Position numbers and translations under genes: made by a program
Part shown: piece after piece, positions 59,284 through 64,000 of the stretch
How the letters are laid out: every line of letters begins with the position of its first letter
Numbering within the stretch: position 1 is the first letter of the stretch
Notes under the pieces: generated by a model
The model's input: only the letters and a program-made list of their open reading frames with translations
Told to the model about the DNA's origin: nothing
Database searches by the model: none
Assembly (NCBI GenBank): GCA_046483305.1
Contig: JAWODM010000008.1
Span: forward strand, 1-64,000
Source of the DNA: Candidatus Krumholzibacteriales bacterium
Lineage (GTDB): Bacteria; Krumholzibacteriota; Krumholzibacteriia; Krumholzibacteriales; WJIX01
Reading direction: 5' to 3'
Length of the DNA stretch: 64,000 nt

Positions 59284-60073
59284 TTATATCACCACACATT
59301 GACCATAGTTTTTCGAGTATCATAATTAATTCTCCGGGAGGGGTTATCCAGAAATCCGCTTCTGTCTCCCTGAAATCCTCTCTTACCAGAAAGCTTATGC
59401 CGCTCCCCTTGAGAGCGCGGAAAGCATCCTCATCGGTGTAATCGTCTCCGAAGTATAATACATGGTCGGAATCATCCGCCTCTTCAATTAAGTTTCTTGT
59501 TACGTTCCCCTTGTTGATTTCTGAAAATCTCAATTCAATTCCACCATCAAATTCATGAATTGTCAATCCGTTTTCTCCGGCCAGTCTGTTCCATTCACGC
59601 TCGGCGGTTTTCCGGATCAGTTCCTTTTTCTCACCGGTCAGGCCTCGCCAGTGAACAGCCAGGGAGGTCGGTTTCTTTTCGCAGAATTCCGAGAGGCCGG
59701 CCCGTTCAACCGCCCGGTAAGCTTTTTCCAGGTCGCTTCCGGCTTCCGGAGGAAGCTCATTCAGGGTATACTCTCCGCCGGGTGTATACCTTTCCGAGCC
59801 GTGGCACCCCCATATTTCAGGGCAGGTTTCAAGCTTGAGCAGCTTCATTATATGATCAACAGGCCTGCCGCTTATTATTATCAACCTGATCCTGTCCCTG
59901 GTTATCAGCTTTCCAAGTATCTCATTTATTCCGGGGTAGGGGAAGGCCCTGTCCTGCTCCCTGCGGAAGGGGGCCAGGGTTCCGTCATAATCCAGAAGCA
60001 GGTAAAATGATGCATCTTCGGGGATGTCCGAAAAAAGATCTTTTTCTCTGATTATGCCGGTCAGGTTCCTCAT
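59276..60073 (-). CDS. otsB: Trehalose-6-phosphate phosphatase
   Basis: HAD motifs LDYDGTL, ISGR, NKG, GDDYTDEDAF. Confidence 0.92.
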   Translation of the reverse strand: MRNLTGIIREKDLFSDIPEDASFYLLLDYDGTLAPFRREQDRAFPYPGINEILGKLITRDRIRLIIISGRPVDHIMKLLKLETCPEIWGCHGSERYTPGGEYTLNELPPEAGSDLEKAYRAVERAGLSEFCEKKPTSLAVHWRGLTGEKKELIRKTAEREWNRLAGENGLTIHEFDGGIELRFSEINKGNVTRNLIEEADDSDHVLYFGDDYTDEDAFRALKGSGISFLVREDFRETEADFWITPPGELIMILEKLWSMCGDING

Positions 60074-60104
60074 ATCCGTGATAATAGCATACCCTGCATG
60101 AATA

Positions 60105-61343
60105 TTACAACTCGATACGGTTCTTTTTCCTGTGGAGAAGAGAAACCATAACGGTGAGGTATTCTCTCAGGTGCCTGGTATGGAGATAGTTGTCCTGGAC
60201 AAAAGCTTGTGCTTTCCTGCCCATTTCCTTGAGAATATCATTGTGAAAGAGCAGATAGCGCGCTCTCAGCGCGGCCCCCTCGGGTGTTCTCACCAGGAAT
60301 CCGGTCTGATGGTTCACCACCTGGATTCTGATGCCGCCGGTATCTCCGCCGATGACCGGTTTTCCCTTCCACATTCCCTCGGTTACGGTCAGGCCGAACC
60401 CTTCCCGGATCGATTTCTGGAGTATTATATCCGAGGACCTCTGGAGAGCGTTTATTACCTTGTGAGCGTCGGAGGGAAGCAGGAGGACATGGATGTTCTC
60501 GTCATCTCCGGCGGCTTCCTTGACCTCCATGATAACCTTCTGAGACTCGGGGTCGTCGGTGGCCTCCCCGCCCGCAAGGATAAGCTGAAGCGAGGGGGCG
60601 AATTTTTTGGTCAGCCTGTACGCCTTGATAACTCCCACCGGATCCTTGAAATAATCATACCTGGAGACCTGGAGCATGGAGGGCAGAGAGGTGTCTATAC
60701 CGAGGCCGCTGACTATGGATTCGATCTCGCCGGGGCTCAAGTCTATATTCTTTTCGCTGAGAGGGTCTATGCTTGGCGGTATCAGGTACTGTACGTGGGG
60801 AAGAAGCTGGGCAAATGCGGGGATGGAGAATATACTGGCGTCATAATCTTTAACCAGGTTCTTGATGTATTTCCAGGTTCCCCGGTGCGGATGGCTTACA
60901 TCGATATGGCAGCGCCAGATCCACTTTCCCTTTCTCTCGGGAAGATAGTTCAGCAGCATCGCCGGCTGGGGGTCATGGATGAACACGATATCGGCATCCA
61001 TGAGCTTATCTTTGAGCATTTCAGCGTTTTCCAGATTGGTTTTTTCGTAAATTTTCTTCAGCCGGTCACTGGTTTCGATCTTGTTTCCCTGCAACGCGTT
61101 ATGAAAATTCTTGGTTGTGGCGAAGAACTCCGGGTTTCCACCTATGGTTTCCCAGCTTACATCCAGGCCGAGTTCCTTCATCAGCGGAACCAGTTTGTTC
61201 AGAATTTCCGCCACACCCCCGCCCTGCCTGGTAGAGTTGACATGAACAACTTTTATCCCTTCAAGAAGATGCGCCAGCTGGAAGAGCTGGTCGATTACGT
61301 CGTTTCCGACTATTTCGGCGTACCTTTTAAGTTTCGGGGGCAT
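60105..61343 (-). CDS. treT: Trehalose glycosyltransferring synthase TreT-like (GT4)
   Basis: HVNST..GGGVAEIL, HDPQP, WRCHID, PSIDPLS.KN, QKSIREGFGLTVTE; ATG 61343 after SD AAGGAG. Confidence 0.82.
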   Translation of the reverse strand: MPPKLKRYAEIVGNDVIDQLFQLAHLLEGIKVVHVNSTRQGGGVAEILNKLVPLMKELGLDVSWETIGGNPEFFATTKNFHNALQGNKIETSDRLKKIYEKTNLENAEMLKDKLMDADIVFIHDPQPAMLLNYLPERKGKWIWRCHIDVSHPHRGTWKYIKNLVKDYDASIFSIPAFAQLLPHVQYLIPPSIDPLSEKNIDLSPGEIESIVSGLGIDTSLPSMLQVSRYDYFKDPVGVIKAYRLTKKFAPSLQLILAGGEATDDPESQKVIMEVKEAAGDDENIHVLLLPSDAHKVINALQRSSDIILQKSIREGFGLTVTEGMWKGKPVIGGDTGGIRIQVVNHQTGFLVRTPEGAALRARYLLFHNDILKEMGRKAQAFVQDNYLHTRHLREYLTVMVSLLHRKKNRIEL

Positions 61344-61345
61344 TA

Positions 61346-62017
61346 TCAATTCTCCTTGAAATATTCATTGACGGCTTCCGAAATCTGGTTTCTCAATTCC
61401 GTCAGGGAAGAGAAGAAGGGGTCTATCGATGATAATCCGTATATGAGATCATCGAACTCATCATCGAAACCGTACAGCCAGGTGCTGAAATCGTCTATAT
61501 TCCCGAAGGTTCTTCTCCTGGAGTCGATAAAGTGGTAGAAGATACTCCCGGATGTCATTTTAGGTATTATTTCGGTCAGTTCTGCCGGCTCTCTGATTTC
61601 ATTGTCGGTATCGAAAATTACTATCTGGGAGGTTATGAATTGAAACTGCTCGTCTATCCTGCACCATGAAAGATATTCCACTTCATCCAGGCGCTCCTCT
61701 ATGGTATCGAGAAGTTTTTCCCTGAGTTCTTCCAGATCGGGATGTTCGGTGGGGTCAATCATGCCCAGGCGTTCCGCAAGGACCTTGTCATGGAGAGTGT
61801 GCCTGACCCATGAAGCAAAATCATTATTGTACTCGGGGTCGCCCAGCCTGGGCTGAAGCAGCCCGGCCCAGAAATGATAATAGAGGCTTTCAGATTCTAC
61901 TTCGCTGATATTTTTTTTCAGCTCCTTGAGATTCTGGGCTTTCAGCCCGGTGGCCAGTGAGGCCAGGGCACAATCCCTGATCTTGAATGATTTGGGATTA
62001 TTGTTGTTGCTGCCCAT
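61346..62017 (-). CDS. DUF5752 family protein
   Basis: Two repeats of SLYYHF/SIFYHF...NDF..W; adjacent to the treT-like gene. Confidence 0.8.
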   Translation of the reverse strand: MGSNNNNPKSFKIRDCALASLATGLKAQNLKELKKNISEVESESLYYHFWAGLLQPRLGDPEYNNDFASWVRHTLHDKVLAERLGMIDPTEHPDLEELREKLLDTIEERLDEVEYLSWCRIDEQFQFITSQIVIFDTDNEIREPAELTEIIPKMTSGSIFYHFIDSRRRTFGNIDDFSTWLYGFDDEFDDLIYGLSSIDPFFSSLTELRNQISEAVNEYFKEN

Positions 62018-62358
62018 CTTTCAGCTCCTTGAAAATTAACAGGTTCCCCGGAGGCCCGGTTCAATCATCCGATTTATAGACGGCACCGACAGTGTTTCAA
62101 TAGCCTTTATACAATTTATAATGCAAATAAACAATGAATAAAACAACGATTTAATGTATGCGAACAAGCAATAGCCAGCCAGAGGATAAATGATGTTCTA
62201 TTAATGTTGAAACAATCATATCTTTGTAATAAAATGTATTTGCTGTTTACCTGACCGGCCGGTACTGGCCGGCCAGGGCAGAAGCTGGGTTGATCATTGA
62301 TGTTGCAGGAGCCACGCAGGGTTGAATAAAGTAAGATAATAAGGAGGAACTTGCTGTT

Positions 62359-63087
62359 ATGAAAGGCGTTATACTGGCGGGTGGGCTGGGAACCAGGCTT
62401 TATCCGCTTACCAAGGTTACCAACAAACATCTGCTGCCCGTTTATAACAAGCCGATGATATATTATCCGATTCAGTCACTGATTAACGCGGGGATCAGCG
62501 ACATCCTCCTGGTAACCGGAGGAAACAACGCCGGCGATTTTCTCAGGCTTATCGGTAACGGGAAGGAGTTCGGCCTTAAGCATATTGACTATACCTACCA
62601 GGAAGGCGAGGGAGGTATTGCGGACGCACTGAAGCTGGCGGAATACTTTGCGGCGGGGGATAATATTGCGGTTATGCTCGGCGATAATATAATAGAGAAG
62701 AATTTCAGAAAAGCCGCGGAAGAATTCAGGCAGCAGGGTTCCGGAGCCAAGATTATTCTGAAAGAGGTTCCGGACCCGGAACGATTCGGAGTGCCGGTCC
62801 TGGAGGGTGACAGGGTGGTTAAAATAGAGGAAAAACCGGATAAGCCGAAGTCAAAATACGCGGTAACCGGTATTTATTTCTTTGATAATACGGTGTTTGA
62901 TATAGCCAGGTCGCTGGTCCCGTCCGACAGGGGAGAGCTTGAGATAACCGATGTGAATAATGTTTATATCGACAGAGGAGAGCTGACCTACGATATATTG
63001 GAGGGGTGGTGGTCTGACGCCGGTACCTTTATTTCTCTCAACAGGGCGACCAACCTGGTGATTGAGACCGGGGCTAATAAAGTATGA
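62359..63087 (+). CDS. Sugar-1-phosphate nucleotidyltransferase (short RmlA/SpsI-type glucose-1-phosphate thymidylyltransferase)
   Basis: GVILAGGLGTRLYPLT, KHLLPVYNKPMIYYP, LGDN, EEKP, RGELEITD, W.DAGT. Confidence 0.88.
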   Translation: MKGVILAGGLGTRLYPLTKVTNKHLLPVYNKPMIYYPIQSLINAGISDILLVTGGNNAGDFLRLIGNGKEFGLKHIDYTYQEGEGGIADALKLAEYFAAGDNIAVMLGDNIIEKNFRKAAEEFRQQGSGAKIILKEVPDPERFGVPVLEGDRVVKIEEKPDKPKSKYAVTGIYFFDNTVFDIARSLVPSDRGELEITDVNNVYIDRGELTYDILEGWWSDAGTFISLNRATNLVIETGANKV

Positions 63088-63111
63088 GTTGACTCCGCCC
63101 GGAGATTTCAT

Positions 63112-63969
63112 TCAGGGGATCAGTTCTGAAAGGATATAATCGGAGAGGGCCTCCCGCCAGTTCCTGAGGGGTGTCCTTCCCATCAGGGAAAGATTGTAAT
63201 TAATCATCGCTTCGGACCTGGGGCGGGGCGCCGGAAGATCAAATCTGCCGGAAGGCACCGGATTCAGAGCGCAGCCGGAAACCCCCGCGATCTTGAGGAT
63301 CTCCTCAGCTTCCTGATATCTGCTGACGTATCCTTCATTAACGCAGTGATATCTTCCGTAATACCCGGTATGTATTACCCCGGCTATTTCCGCTGCCAGA
63401 TCATTGGTGTAGGTTGGCGACCCGAACTTATCATCCACTATATCCAGTGTTTTCGAGGTCCTGCTCAGTTCCAGGATCCTGGGTATGAATTTCTTGTCTT
63501 CCTCAGCTCCTCCGAACAGCCAGCAGGTGTAGAATATATAGAATCTTCTGACAATATCCCTCATGTAAAGCTCTCCGTAATACTTTGATCGGCCGTATAC
63601 ATTCACCGGGTCCGGGCTGTCGTATTCGGTATATGGCGTTTCCTTTCTGCCGTTGTAGACGCTTCCGGTACTCAAATATACCATCTCCGCGCCACACTCC
63701 GCACAGGCCAGAGCGACATTCCTGGTTCCCAGGGAGTTCGTTCTGAAAGCGCTGTCCGGGTCCTCTTCGCATCCGTCCACATCGGTCATGGATGCGAGGT
63801 GGATCACGGTGTCAGGCTTGAAGGATACTATTTCTTTTATCAGGGAGTCCGCGTCGGTTATGTCCGTATCTGGAAGATCGGTGGGAAGAAGCTCGTTTTC
63901 CTCCTCCAGCGCCGGTATAAGGGAACATCCCAGCATTCCGTCCGCCCCGGTGATAAATATCCTTGCCAA
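63112..63969 (-). CDS. rfbD: dTDP-4-dehydrorhamnose reductase
   Basis: ITGADGMLG, TDVDGCE, YGRSK, GSPT and APRP motifs; TTG with SD GGAGGT. Confidence 0.88.
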   Translation of the reverse strand: MARIFITGADGMLGCSLIPALEEENELLPTDLPDTDITDADSLIKEIVSFKPDTVIHLASMTDVDGCEEDPDSAFRTNSLGTRNVALACAECGAEMVYLSTGSVYNGRKETPYTEYDSPDPVNVYGRSKYYGELYMRDIVRRFYIFYTCWLFGGAEEDKKFIPRILELSRTSKTLDIVDDKFGSPTYTNDLAAEIAGVIHTGYYGRYHCVNEGYVSRYQEAEEILKIAGVSGCALNPVPSGRFDLPAPRPRSEAMINYNLSLMGRTPLRNWREALSDYILSELIP

Positions 63970-64000
63970 GAATACCTCCCTTAACCGTCTTTTCTCTCCC

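Noticed and set aside
60132..61538. 468-aa ORF on the + strand
   Set aside because: Antisense shadow of treT/DUF5752 with no recognisable motifs
62166..62182. Sigma54-like motif for the trehalose operon
   Set aside because: GG-to-GC spacing is 9 nt, not the required 10
1..64000. CRISPR arrays, tRNA/rRNA, transposases, prophage or defence genes
   Set aside because: No spaced direct repeats, cloverleafs or mobile-element protein motifs were seen by eye; short or divergent RNAs could have been missed

Overview
Gene-dense chromosomal window from a diderm, LPS-producing bacterium. An FCB-like affiliation (e.g. Latescibacterota/Krumholzibacteriota-type) is only inferred from the LpxC-FabZ fusion and gene content. 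Contents in order: bamA-skp-lpxD-lpxC/fabZ-lpxA-gnnA-like-lpxB-lpxJ-like(DUF374)-lpxK; alr plus an M20 amidohydrolase; a lipoprotein with a sigma54-type promoter; nadB, a Minf_1886-family protein and a membrane protein with a degenerate spermidine-synthase domain; an AmmeMemoRadiSam system (amrS plus fused amrB-amrA) whose two proteins carry export-signal-like N-termini; a GldA/F/G-like ABC transporter plus DUF4340; hsp20-lon; an LPS core/ADP-heptose cluster (msbA, four GT9, hldA, hldC, GT2, GT4, DUF3108, DHS-like protein); an EPS locus (priming transferase, Wza, Wzz/GumC, ExeA-like ATPase, BY-kinase, nucleotidyltransferase-like, alkaline-phosphatase-superfamily, Wzx, GT2, EamA-like, GT-C-like, two GT4); a trehalose cluster (DUF5752, treT, otsB, otsA); rmlA-like and rmlD. 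No rRNA, tRNA, CRISPR array or mobile element was seen. Best novelty candidates: the apparently exported AmmeMemoRadiSam system with its neighbouring SAM-fold membrane protein, the NTase/phosphodiesterase pair inside the EPS locus, and a terminator-containing leader in front of the EPS locus. All family calls come from motif recognition by eye, not database searches.
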